Shown here one piece after another: positions 26,801 to 40,300 of a DNA stretch of 64,000 bases. This DNA is from Eledone cirrhosa (Eukaryota), in assembly GCA_964016885.1 (NCBI GenBank), contig OZ024740.1:430094001-430158000 (forward strand). The letters run 5' to 3'. The notes under the pieces are model-generated. The model was not told where the DNA came from, ran no database searches, and saw nothing but the letters and a program-made list of their open reading frames with translations. Every line of letters starts with the position of its first letter. The first letter of the stretch is position 1. The translations under genes and the position numbers were made by a program.

Positions 26801-29800
26801 GTAGGTGGTGCCAGATGTACAATAACATGTGGAGGAGGTGAGACAGGAGTTTCTGACAGTAATGTCTACCACCAAAGTTACCTTGGTTTAGGTGGTGCCA
26901 GATACTCAATAACATGTGGAGGAAGTGAGACAGGAGTTTCTGACTGTAATGTCTACCACCAAAGTTACCTTGGTGTAGGTGGTGCCAGATACACAATAAC
27001 ATGTGGAGGAGGTGAGACAGGAGTTTCTGACTGTAATGTCTACCACCAAAGTTACCTTGGTGTAGGTGGTGCCAGATACACAATAACATGTGGAGGAGGT
27101 GAGACAGGAGTTTCTGACTGTAATGTCTACCACCAAAGTTACCTTGGTGTAGGTGGTGCCAGATACATAATAACATGTGGAGGAGGTGAGACAGGAGTTT
27201 CTGACTGTAATATCTACCACCAAACTTACCTTGGTGTAGGTGGTGCCAGATACATAATAACATGTGGAGGAGGTGAGACAGGAGTTTCTGACAGTAATGT
27301 CTTCCAAAGTTACCTTGGTGTAGGTGGTGCCAGATACACAATAACATGTGGAGGAGGTGAGACAGGAGTTTCTGACAGTAATGTCTACCACCAAAGTTAC
27401 CTTGGTGTAGGTGGTGCCAGAAACATAATAACATATGGAGGAGGTGAGACAGGAGTTTCTGACAGTAATGTCTACCACCAAAGTTACCTTGGTGTAGGTG
27501 GTGCCAGATACACAATAACATGTGGAGGAGGTGAGACAGGAGTTTCTGACAGTAATGTCTACCACCAAAGTTACATTGATGTAGGTGGTGCCAGATACAC
27601 AATAACATGTGGAGGAGGTGAGACAGGAGTTTCTGACAGTAATGTCTACCACCAAAGTTACCTTGGTGTAGGTGGTGCCAGATACATAATAACATGTGGA
27701 GGAGGTGAGACGGGAGTTTCTGACAGTAATGTCTACCACCAAAGTTACCTTGGAGTAGGTGGTGCCAGATACATAATAACATGTGGAGGAGGTGAGACAG
27801 GAGTTTCTGACAGTAATGTCTACCACCAAAGTTACATTGGTGTAGATGGTGCCAGATGTACAATATCATGTGGAGGAGGTGAGACAGGAGTTTCTGACAG
27901 TAATGTCTACCACCAAAGTTACCTTGGTGTAGGTGGTGCCAGATACATAATAACATGTGGAGGAGGTGAGACAGGAGTTTCTGACAGTAATGTCTACCAC
28001 CAAAGTTACCTTGGTGTAGGTGGTGCCAGATGTACAATAACATGTGGAGGAGGTGAGACAGGAGTTTCTGACAGTAATGTCTACCACCAAAGTTACCTTG
28101 GTGTAGGTGGTGCCAGATACATAATAACATGTGGAGGAGGTGAGACAGGAGTTTCTGACAGTAATGTCTACCACCAAAGTTACCTTGGTGTAGGTGGTGC
28201 CTGATGTACAATAACATGTGGAGGAGGTGAGACAGGAGTTTCTGACAGTAATGTCTACCACCAAAGTTACCTTGGTGTAGTTGGTGCCAGATACATAATA
28301 ACATGTGGAGGAGGTGAGACTTGAGTTTCTGACAGTAATGTCTACCACCAAAGTTACCTTGGTGTAGGTGGTGCCAGATGTACAATAACATGTGGAGAAG
28401 GTGAGACAGGAGTTTCTGACAGTAATGTCTACCACCAAAGTTACCTTGGTGTAGGTGGTGCCAGATACACAATAACATGTGGAGGAGGTGAGACAGGAGT
28501 TTCTGACAGTAATGTCTACCACCAAAGTTACCTTGGTGTAGTTGGTGCCAGATACATAATAACATGTGGAGGAGGTGAGACTTGAGTTTCTGACAGTAAT
28601 GTCTACCACCAAAGTTACCTTGGTGTAGGTGGTGCCAGATGTACAATAACATGTGGAGAAGGTGAGACAGGAGTTTCTGACAGTAATGTCTACCACCAAA
28701 GTTACCTTGGTGTAGGTGGTGCCAGATGTAGAATAACATATGGAGGAGGTGAGACAGGAGTTTCTGACAGTAATGTCTACCACCAAAGTTACCTTGATGT
28801 AGGTGGTGCCAGATGTACAATAACATGTGGAGGAGGTGAGACAGGATTTTCTGACAGTAATGTCTACCACCAAAGTTACCTTGGTGTAGGTGGTGCCAGA
28901 TACACAATGACATGTGTAGGAGGTGAGACAGGAGTTTCTGACTGTAATGTCTACCACCAAAGTTTCCTTGGTGTAGGTGGTGCCAGATACACAATAACAT
29001 GTGGAGGAGGTGAGACAGGAGTTTCTGACAGTAATGTCTACCACCAAAGTTACCTTGGTGTAGGTGGTGCCAGATGTACAATAACATGTGGAGGAGGTGA
29101 GACAGGAGTTTCTGACAGTAATGTCTACCACCAAAGTTACCTTGGTTTAGGTGGTGCCAGATACTCAATAACATGTGGAGGAAGTGAGACAGGAGTTTCT
29201 GACTGTAATGTCTACCACCAAAGTTACCTTGGTGTAGGTGGTGCCAGATACACAATAACATGTGGAGGAGGTGAGACAGGAGTTTCTGACTGTAATGTCT
29301 ACCACCAAAGTTACCTTGGTGTAGGTGGTGCCAGATACACAATAACATGTGGAGGAGGTGAGACAGGAGTTTCTGACTGTAATGTCTACCACCAAAGTTA
29401 CCTTGGTGTAGGTGGTGCCAGATACATAATAACATGTGGAGGAGGTGAGACAGGAGTTTCTGACTGTAATATCTACCACCAAACTTACCTTGGTGTAGGT
29501 GGTGCCAGATACATAATAACATGTGGAGGAGGTGAGACAGGAGTTTCTGACAGTAATGTCTTCCAAAGTTACCTTGGTGTAGGTGGTGCCAGATACACAA
29601 TAACATGTGGAGGAGGTGAGACAGGAGTTTCTGACAGTAATGTCTACCACCAAAGTTACCTTGGTGTAGGTGGTGCCAGAAACATAATAACATATGGAGG
29701 AGGTGAGACAGGAGTTTCTGACAGTAATGTCTACCACCAAAGTTACCTTGGTGTAGGTGGTGCCAGATACACAATAACATGTGGAGGAGGTGAGACAGGA

Positions 29801-31150
29801 GTTTCTGACAGTAATGTCTACCACCAAAGTTACATTGATGTAGGTGGTGCCAGATACACAATAACATGTGGAGGAGGTGAGACAGGAGTTTCTGACAGTA
29901 ATGTCTACCACCAAAGTTACCTTGGTGTAGGTGGTGCCAGATACATAATAACATGTGGAGGAGGTGAGACGGGAGTTTCTGACAGTAATGTCTACCACCA
30001 AAGTTACCTTGGAGTAGGTGGTGCCAGATACATAATAACATGTGGAGGAGGTGAGACAGGAGTTTCTGACAGTAATGTCTACCACCAAAGTTACATTGGT
30101 GTAGATGGTGCCAGATGTACAATATCATGTGGAGGAGGTGAGACAGGAGTTTCTGACAGTAATGTCTACCACCAAAGTTACCTTGGTGTAGGTGGTGCCA
30201 GATACATAATAACATGTGGAGGAGGTGAGACAGGAGTTTCTGACAGTAATGTCTACCACCAAAGTTACCTTGGTGTAGGTGGTGCCAGATGTACAATAAC
30301 ATGTGGAGGAGGTGAGACAGGAGTTTCTGACAGTAATGTCTACCACCAAAGTTACCTTGGTGTAGGTGGTGCCAGATACATAATAACATGTGGAGGAGGT
30401 GAGACAGGAGTTTCTGACAGTAATGTCTACCACCAAAGTTACCTTGGTGTAGGTGGTGCCTGATGTACAATAACATGTGGAGGAGGTGAGACAGGAGTTT
30501 CTGACAGTAATGTCTACCACCAAAGTTACCTTGGTGTAGTTGGTGCCAGATACATAATAACATGTGGAGGAGGTGAGACTTGAGTTTCTGACAGTAATGT
30601 CTACCACCAAAGTTACCTTGGTGTAGGTGGTGCCAGATGTACAATAACATGTGGAGAAGGTGAGACAGGAGTTTCTGACAGTAATGTCTACCACCAAAGT
30701 TACCTTGGTGTAGGTGGTGCCAGATACACAATAACATGTGGAGGAGGTGAGACAGGAGTTTCTGACAGTAATGTCTACCACCAAAGTTACCTTGGTGTAG
30801 TTGGTGCCAGATACATAATAACATGTGGAGGAGGTGAGACTTGAGTTTCTGACAGTAATGTCTACCACCAAAGTTACCTTGGTGTAGGTGGTGCCAGATG
30901 TACAATAACATGTGGAGAAGGTGAGACAGGAGTTTCTGACAGTAATGTCTACCACCAAAGTTACCTTGGTGTAGGTGGTGCCAGATGTAGAATAACATAT
31001 GGAGGAGGTGAGACAGGAGTTTCTGACAGTAATGTCTACCACCAAAGTTACCTTGATGTAGGTGGTGCCAGATGTACAATAACATGTGGAGGAGGTGAGA
31101 CAGGATTTTCTGACAGTAATGTCTACCACCAAAGTTACCTTGGTGTAGGT
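23860..31150. repeat. Three copies of an ~26-monomer higher-order block (offsets 2778 and 2259 bp); boundaries approximate
   Basis: The marker ATGACATGTGTAGG occurs at 23870, 26648 and 28907. 2778 = 32x87-6 and 2259 = 26x87-3. The track lists matching 518-aa + strand ORFs at 26648..28204 and 28907..30463. Confidence 0.92.
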
Positions 31151-33800
31151 GGTGCCAGATACACAATAACATGTGGAGGAGGTGAGACAGGAGTTTCTGA
31201 CAGTAATGTCTACCACCAAAGTTACCTTGATGTAGGTGGTGCCAGATGTACAATAACATGTGGAGGAGGTGAGACAGGAGTTTCTGACAGTAATGTCTAC
31301 CACCAAAGTTACCTTGGTGTAGGTGGTGCCAGATGTACAATAACACGTGGAGGAGGTGAGACAGGAGTTTCTGACAGTAATGTCTACCCCCAAAGTTACC
31401 TTGGTGTAGGTGGTGCCAGATGTACAATAACATATGGAGGAGGTGAGACAGGAGTTTCTGACAGTAATGTCTTCCACCAAAGTTACCTTGGTGTAGGTGG
31501 TGCCAGATACACAATAACATGTGGAGGAGGTGAGACAGGAGTTTCTGACATTAATGTCTACCACCAAATTTACCTTGGTGTAGGTGGTGCCAGATGTACA
31601 ACAACATGTGGAGGAAGTGAGACAGGAGTTTCTGACAGTAATGTCTACCACCAAACTTACCTTGGTGTAGGTGGTGCCAGATACATAATAACATATGGAG
31701 GAGGTGAGACAGGAGTTTCTGACAGTAATGTCTACCACCAAAGTTACCCTGGTGTAGGTGGTGCCAGATGTACAATAACACGTGGAGGAGGTGAGACAGG
31801 AGTTTCTGACAGTAATGTCTACCACCAAAGTTACCTTGGTGTAGGTGGTGCCAGATGTACAATAACATGTGGAGGAGGTGGGGCAGGAGTTTCTGACAGT
31901 AATGTCTACCACCAAAGTTACCTTGGTGTAGGTGGTGCCAGATACACAATAACATGTGGAGGAGGTGGGGCAGGAGTTTCTGACAGTAATGTCTACCACC
32001 AAAGTTACCTTGGTGTAGGTGGTGCCAGATACATAATAACATGTGGAGGAGGTGAGACAGGAGTTTCTGACAGTAATGTCTACCACCAAAGTTACCTTGG
32101 TGTAGGTGGTGCCAGATGTACAATAACATGTGGAGGAGGTGAGACAGGAGTTTCTGACAGTAATGTCTACCACCAAAGTTACCTTGGTGTAGGTGGTGCC
32201 AGATACATAATAACATGTGGAGGAGGTGAGACAGGAGTTTCTGACAGTAATGTCTACCACCAAAGTTACCTTGGTGTAGGTGGTGCCAGATGTACAATAA
32301 CATGTGGAGGAGGTGAGACAGGAGTTTCTGACAGTAATGTCTACCACCAAAGTTACCTTGGTGTAGTTGGTGCCAGATACATAATAACATGTGGAGGAGG
32401 TGAGACTTGAGTTTCTGACAGTAATGTCTACCACCAAAGTTACCTTGGTGTAGGTGGTGCCAGATGTACAATAACATGTGGAGAAGGTGAGACAGGAGTT
32501 TCTGACAGTAATGTCTACCACCAAAGTTACCTTGGTGTAGGTGGTGCCAGATACACAATAACATGTGGAGGAGGTGAGACAGGAGTTTCTGACAGTAATG
32601 TCTACCACCAAAGTTACCTTGGTGTAGTTGGTGCCAGATACATAATAACATGTGGAGGAGGTGAGACTTGAGTTTCTGACAGTAATGTCTACCACCAAAG
32701 TTACCTTGGTGTAGGTGGTGCCAGATGTACAATAACATGTGGAGAAGGTGAGACAGGAGTTTCTGACAGTAATGTCTACCACCAAAGTTACCTTGGTGTA
32801 GGTGGTGCCAGATGTAGAATAACATATGGAGGAGGTGAGACAGGAGTTTCTGACAGTAATGTCTACCACCAAAGTTACCTTGATGTAGGTGGTGCCAGAT
32901 GTACAATAACATGTGGAGGAGGTGAGACAGGATTTTCTGACAGTAATGTCTACCACCAAAGTTACCTTGGTGTAGGTGGTGCCAGATACACAATAACATG
33001 TGGAGGAGGTGAGACAGGAGTTTCTGACAGTAATGTCTACCACCAAAGTTACCTTGATGTAGGTGGTGCCAGATGTACAATAACATGTGGAGGAGGTGAG
33101 ACAGGAGTTTCTGACAGTAATGTCTACCACCAAAGTTACCTTGGTGTAGGTGGTGCCAGATGTACAATAACATGTGGAGGAGGTGAGACAGGAGTTTCTG
33201 ACAGTAATGTCTACCCCCAAAGTTACCTTGGTGTAGGTGGTGCCAGATGTACAATAACATATGGAGGAGGTGAGACAGGAGTTTCTGACAGTAATGTCTT
33301 CCACCAAAGTTACCTTGGTGTAGGTGGTGCCAGATACACAATAACATGTGGAGGAGGTGAGACAGGAGTTTCTGACAGTAATGTCTACCACCAAATTTAC
33401 CTTGGTGTAGGTGGTGCCAGATGTACAACAACATGTGGAGGAGGTGAGACAGGAGTTTCTGACAGTAATGTCTACCACCAAACTTACCTTGGTGTAGGTG
33501 GTGCCAGATACATAATAACATATGGAGGAGGTGAGACAGGAGTTTCTGACAGTAATGTCTACCACCAAAGTTACCCTGGTGTAGGTGGTGCCAGATGTAC
33601 AATAACACGTGGAGGAGGTGAGACAGGAGTTTCTGACAGTAATGTCTACCACCAAAGTTACCTTGGTGTAGGTGGTGCCAGATGTACAATAACATGTGGA
33701 GGAGGTGGGGCAGGAGTTTCTGACAGTAATGTCTACCACCAAAGTTACCTTGGTGTAGGTGGTGCCAGATACACAATAACATGTGGAGGAGGTGGGGCAG
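30490..33800. repeat. Higher-order duplication with 21-monomer offset (1827 bp); boundaries approximate
   Basis: GTAGTTGG (variant T at 30540 and 32367) is followed in both copies by the same series: ACTTGAG, GGAGAAGG, GTAGAAT, CTACCCCCAA, GTCTTCCACC, AAATTTACC, TTACCCTGG. Confidence 0.8.
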
Positions 33801-36800
33801 GAGTTTCTGACAGTAATGTCTACCACCAAAGTTACCTTGGTGTAGGTGGTGCCAGATACACAATAACATGTGGAGGAGGTGGGGCAGGAGTTTCTGACAG
33901 TAATGTCTACCACCAAAGTTACCTTGGTGTAGGTGGTGCCAGATACACAATAACATATGGAGGAGGTGGGGCAGGAGTTTCTGACAGTAATGTCTACCAC
34001 CAAAGTTACCTTGGTGTAGGTGGTGCCAGATACATAATAACATATGGAGGAGGTGAGACAGGAGTTTCTGACAGTAATGTCTACCACCAAAGTTAACTTG
34101 GTGTAGGTGGTGCCAGATACACAATAACATATGGAGGAGGTGAGACAGGAGTTTCTGACAGCAATGTCTACCACCAAAGTTACCTTGGTGTAGGTGGTGC
34201 CAGATACATAATAACATATGGAGGAGGTGAGACAGGAGTTTCTGACAGTAATGTCTACCACCAAAGTTACCTTGGTGTAGGTGGTGCCAGATACATAATA
34301 ACATGTGGAGGAGGTGAGACAGGAGTTTCTGACAGTAATGTCTACCACCAAAGTTACCTTGGTGTAGGTGGTGCCAGATGTACAACAACATGTGGAGGAG
34401 GTGAGACAGGAGTTTCTGACAGTAATGTCTACCACCAAAGTTACCTTGGTGTAGGTGGTTCCAGATACACAATAACATGTGGAGGAGGTGAGACAGGAGT
34501 TTCTGACAGTAATGTCTACCACCAAAGTTACCTTGGTGTAGGTGGTGCCAGATGTACAATAACATATGGAGGAGGTGAGACAGGAGTTTCTGACAGTAAT
34601 GTCTACCACCAAAGTTACCTTGGTGTAGGTGGTGCCAGATACACAATAACATATGGAGGAGGTGAGACAGGAGTCTCTGACAGTAATGTCTACCACCAAA
34701 GTTACCTTGGTGTAGGTGGTGCCAGATACATAATAACATGTGGAGGAGGTGAGACAGGAGTTTCTGACTGTAATGTCTACCACCTAAGTTACCTTAGTGT
34801 AGGTGGTGCCAGATACACAATAACATATGGAGGAGGTGAGACAGGAGTCTCTGACAGTAATGTCTACCACCAAAGTTACCTTGGTGTAGGTGGTGCCAGA
34901 TACATAATAACATGTGGAGGAGGTGAGACAGGAGTTTCTGACTGTAATGTCTACCACCTAAGTTACCTTGGTGTAGGTGGTGCCAGATACACAATAACAT
35001 GTGGAGGAGGTGAGACAGGAGTTTCTGACAGTAATGTCTACCACCAAACTTACCTTGGTGTAGGTGGTGCCAGATACACAATAACATGTGGAGGAGGTGG
35101 GGCAGGAGTTTCTGACAGTAATGTCTACCACCAAAGTTACCTTGGTGTAGGTGGTGCCAGATACATAATAACATATGGAGGAGGTGAGACAGGAGTTTCT
35201 GACAGTAATGTCTACCACCAAACTTACCTTGGTGTAGGTGGTGCCAGATACATAATAACATATGGAGGAGGTGAGACAGGAGTTTCTGACAGTAATGTCT
35301 ACCACCAAAGTTACCCTGGTGTAGGTGGTGCCAGATGTACAATAACACGTGGAGGAGGTGAGACAGGAGTTTCTGACAGTAATGTCTACCACCAAAGTTA
35401 CCTTGGTGTAGGTGGTGCCAGATGTACAATAACATGTGGAGGAGGTGGGGCAGGAGTTTCTGACAGTAATGTCTACCACCAAAGTTACCTTGGTGTAGGT
35501 GGTGCCAGATACACAATAACATGTGGAGGAGGTGGGGCAGGAGTTTCTGACAGTAATGTCTACCACCAAAGTTACCTTGGTGTAGGTGGTGCCAGATACA
35601 CAATAACATGTGGAGGAGGTGGGGCAGGAGTTTCTGACAGTAATGTCTACCACCAAAGTTACCTTGGTGTAGGTGGTGCCAGATACACAATAACATATGG
35701 AGGAGGTGGGGCAGGAGTTTCTGACAGTAATGTCTACCACCAAAGTTACCTTGGTGTAGGTGGTGCCAGATACATAATAACATATGGAGGAGGTGAGACA
35801 GGAGTTTCTGACAGTAATGTCTACCACCAAAGTTAACTTGGTGTAGGTGGTGCCAGATACACAATAACATATGGAGGAGGTGAGACAGGAGTTTCTGACA
35901 GCAATGTCTACCACCAAAGTTACCTTGGTGTAGGTGGTGCCAGATACATAATAACATATGGAGGAGGTGAGACAGGAGTTTCTGACAGTAATGTCTACCA
36001 CCAAAGTTACCTTGGTGTAGGTGGTGCCAGATACATAATAACATGTGGAGGAGGTGAGACAGGAGTTTCTGACAGTAATGTCTACCACCAAAGTTACCTT
36101 GGTGTAGGTGGTGCCAGATGTACAACAACATGTGGAGGAGGTGAGACAGGAGTTTCTGACAGTAATGTCTACCACCAAAGTTACCTTGGTGTAGGTGGTT
36201 CCAGATACACAATAACATGTGGAGGAGGTGAGACAGGAGTTTCTGACAGTAATGTCTACCACCAAAGTTACCTTGGTGTAGGTGGTGCCAGATGTACAAT
36301 AACATATGGAGGAGGTGAGACAGGAGTTTCTGACAGTAATGTCTACCACCAAAGTTACCTTGGTGTAGGTGGTGCCAGATACACAATAACATATGGAGGA
36401 GGTGAGACAGGAGTCTCTGACAGTAATGTCTACCACCAAAGTTACCTTGGTGTAGGTGGTGCCAGATACATAATAACATGTGGAGGAGGTGAGACAGGAG
36501 TTTCTGACTGTAATGTCTACCACCTAAGTTACCTTAGTGTAGGTGGTGCCAGATACACAATAACATATGGAGGAGGTGAGACAGGAGTCTCTGACAGTAA
36601 TGTCTACCACCAAAGTTACCTTGGTGTAGGTGGTGCCAGATACATAATAACATGTGGAGGAGGTGAGACAGGAGTTTCTGACTGTAATGTCTACCACCTA
36701 AGTTACCTTGGTGTAGGTGGTGCCAGATACACAATAACATGTGGAGGAGGTGAGACAGGAGTTTCTGACAGTAATGTCTACCACCAAACTTACCTTGGTG

Positions 36801-36959
36801 TAGGTGGTGCCAGATACACAATAACATGTGGAGGAGGTGGGGCAGGAGTTTCTGACAGTAATGTCTACCACCAAAGTTACCTTGGTGTAGGTGGTGCCAG
36901 ATACATAATAACATATGGAGGAGGTGAGACAGGAGTTTCTGACAGTAATGTCTACCACC
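33480..36959. repeat. Tandem duplication of a 20-monomer block (1740 bp x2)
   Basis: The lines starting at 33481 and 35221 match. Both copies carry four consecutive GGGGCAGG monomers, AAGTTAACTT, GACAGCAATG, GGTTCCAG and CTAAGTTACCTTAG. ORF stops at 34794 and 36534 differ by 1740 = 20x87. Confidence 0.92.
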
Positions 36960-37399
36960 AAAGTTACATTGGTGTAGGTGGTGCCAGATGTACAATAACA
37001 TGTGGAGGAGGTGAGACAGGAGTTTCTGACAGTAATGTCTACCACCAAAGTTACCTTGGTGTAGGTGGTGCCAGATACATAATAACATGTGGAGGAGGTG
37101 AGACAGGAGTTTCTGACAGTAATGTCTACCACCAAAGTTACCTTGGTGTAGGTGGTGCCAGATACATAATAACATGTGGAGGAGGTGAGACAGGAGTTTC
37201 TGACAGTAATGTCTACCACCAAAGTTACCTTGGTGTAGTTGGTGCCAGATGTACAACAACATGTGGAGGAGGTGAGACAGGAGTTTCAGACAGTAATGTC
37301 TACCACCAAAGTTACCTTGGTGTAGGTGGTGCCAGATACATAATAACATGTGGAGGAGGTGAGACAGGAGTTTCTGACAGTAATGTCTACCACCAAAGT

Positions 37400-40300
37400 T
37401 ACCTTGGTGTAGTTGGTGCCAGATGTACAACAACATGTGGAGGAGGTGAGACAGGAGTTTCAGACAGTAATGTCTACCACCAAAGTTACCTTGGTGTAGG
37501 TGGTGCCAGATACACAATAACATGTGGAGGAGGTGAGACAGGAGTTTCTGACAGTAATGTCTACCACCAAAGTTACCTTGGTGTAGGTGGTGCCAGATGT
37601 ACAACAACATGTGGAGGAGGTGAGACAGGAGTTTCTGACAGTAATGTCTACCACCAAAGTTACCTTGGTGTAGGTGGTGCCAGATACACAATAACATGTG
37701 GAGGAGGTGAGACAGGAGTTTCTGACTGTAATGTCTACCACCAAAGTTTCCTTGGTGTAGGTGGTGCCAGATACACAATAACATGTGGCTGAGGTGAGAC
37801 AGGAGTTTCTGACAGTAATGTCTACCACCAAAGTTACCTTGGTGTAGGTGGTGCCAGATGTACAATAACATGTGGAGGAGGTGAGACAGAAGTTTCTGAC
37901 AGTAATGTCTACCACCAAAGTTACCTTGGTTTAGGTGGTGCCAGATACTCAATAACATGTGGAGGAAGTGAGACAGGAGTTTCTGACTGTAATGTCTACC
38001 ACCAAAGTTACCTTGGTGTAGGTGGTGCCAGATACACAATAACATGTGGAGGGGGTGAGACAGGAGTTTCTGACAGTAATGTCTACCACCAAAGTTACCT
38101 TGGTGTAGGTGGTGCCAGATGTACAATAACATGTGGAGGAGGTGAGACAGGAGTTTCTGACAGTAATGTCTACCACCAAAGTCACCTTGGTGTAGGTGGT
38201 GCCAGATACACAATAACATATGGAGGAGGTGAGACAGGAGTCTCTGACAGTAATGTCTACCACCAAAGTTACCTTGGTGTAGGTGGTGCCAGATACATAA
38301 TAACATGTGGAGGAGGTGAGACAGGAGTTTCTGACTGTAATGTCTACCACCAAAGTTACCTTGGTGTAGGTGGTGCCAGATACACAATAACATGTGGAGG
38401 AGGTGAGACAGGAGTTTCTGACTGTAATGTCTACCACCAAAGTTACCTTGGTGTAGGTGGTGCCAGATACATAATAACATGTGGAGGAGGTGAGACAGGA
38501 GATTCTGACTGTAATATCTACCACCAAACTTACCTTGGTGTAGGTGGTGCCAGATACATAATAACATGTGGAGGAGGTGAGACAGGAGTTTCTGACAGTA
38601 ATGTCTACCACCAAAGTTACCTTGGTGTAGTTGGTGCCAGATGTACAACAACATGTGGAGGAGGTGAGACAGGAGTTTCAGACAGTAATGTCTACCACCA
38701 AAGTTACCTTGGTGTAGGTGGTGCCAGATACACAATAACATGTGGAGGAGGTGAGACAGGAGTTTCTGACAGTAATGTCTACCACCAAAGTTACCTTGGT
38801 GTAGGTGGTGCCAGATACACAATAACATGTGGAGGAGGTGGGGCAGGAGTTTCTGACAGTAATGTCTACCACCAAAGTTACCTTGGTGTAGGTGGTGCCA
38901 GATACATAATAACATATGGAGGAGGTGAGACAGGAGTTTCTGACAGTAATGTCTACCACCAAAGTTACATTGGTGTAGGTGGTGCCAGATGTACAATAAC
39001 ATGTGGAGGAGGTGAGACAGGAGTTTCTGACAGTAATGTCTACCACCAAAGTTACCTTGGTGTAGGTGGTGCCAGATACATAATAACATGTGGAGGAGGT
39101 GAGACAGGAGTTTCTGACAGTAATGTCTACCACCAAAGTTACCTTGGTGTAGGTGGTGCCAGATACATAATAACATGTGGAGGAGGTGAGACAGGAGTTT
39201 CTGACAGTAATGTCTACCACCAAAGTTACCTTGGTGTAGTTGGTGCCAGATGTACAACAACATGTGGAGGAGGTGAGACAGGAGTTTCAGACAGTAATGT
39301 CTACCACCAAAGTTACCTTGGTGTAGGTGGTGCCAGATACACAATAACATGTGGAGGAGGTGAGACAGGAGTTTCTGACAGTAATGTCTACCACCAAAGT
39401 TACCTTGGTGTAGGTGGTGCCAGATGTACAACAACATGTGGAGGAGGTGAGACAGGAGTTTCTGACAGTAATGTCTACCACCAAAGTTACCTTGGTGTAG
39501 GTGGTGCCAGATACACAATAACATGTGGAGGAGGTGAGACAGGAGTTTCTGACTGTAATGTCTACCACCAAAGTTTCCTTGGTGTAGGTGGTGCCAGATA
39601 CACAATAACATGTGGCTGAGGTGAGACAGGAGTTTCTGACAGTAATGTCTACCACCAAAGTTACCTTGGTGTAGGTGGTGCCAGATGTACAATAACATGT
39701 GGAGGAGGTGAGACAGAAGTTTCTGACAGTAATGTCTACCACCAAAGTTACCTTGGTTTAGGTGGTGCCAGATACTCAATAACATGTGGAGGAAGTGAGA
39801 CAGGAGTTTCTGACTGTAATGTCTACCACCAAAGTTACCTTGGTGTAGGTGGTGCCAGATACACAATAACATGTGGAGGGGGTGAGACAGGAGTTTCTGA
39901 CAGTAATGTCTACCACCAAAGTTACCTTGGTGTAGGTGGTGCCAGATGTACAATAACATGTGGAGGAGGTGAGACAGGAGTTTCTGACAGTAATGTCTAC
40001 CACCAAAGTCACCTTGGTGTAGGTGGTGCCAGATACACAATAACATATGGAGGAGGTGAGACAGGAGTCTCTGACAGTAATGTCTACCACCAAATTTACC
40101 TTGGTGTAGGTGGTGCCAGATACATAATAACATGTGGAGGAGGTGAGACAGGAGTTTCTGACTGTAATGTCTACCACCAAAGTTACCTTGGTGTAGGTGG
40201 TGCCAGATACACAATAACATGTGGAGGAGGTGAGACAGGAGTTTCTGACTGTAATGTCTACCACCAAAGTTACCTTGGTGTAGGTGGTGCCAGATACATA

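Noticed and set aside
22376-30463. Plus-strand ORFs encoding (GGGETGVSDSNVYHQSYLGVGGARYTITC)n
   Set aside because: Start codons arise only from sporadic variants or frameshifts. TGA/TAA alleles (GCCTGA, ACTTGA, GGCTGA, GTCTAA) are repeatedly amplified, and common variants are non-synonymous.
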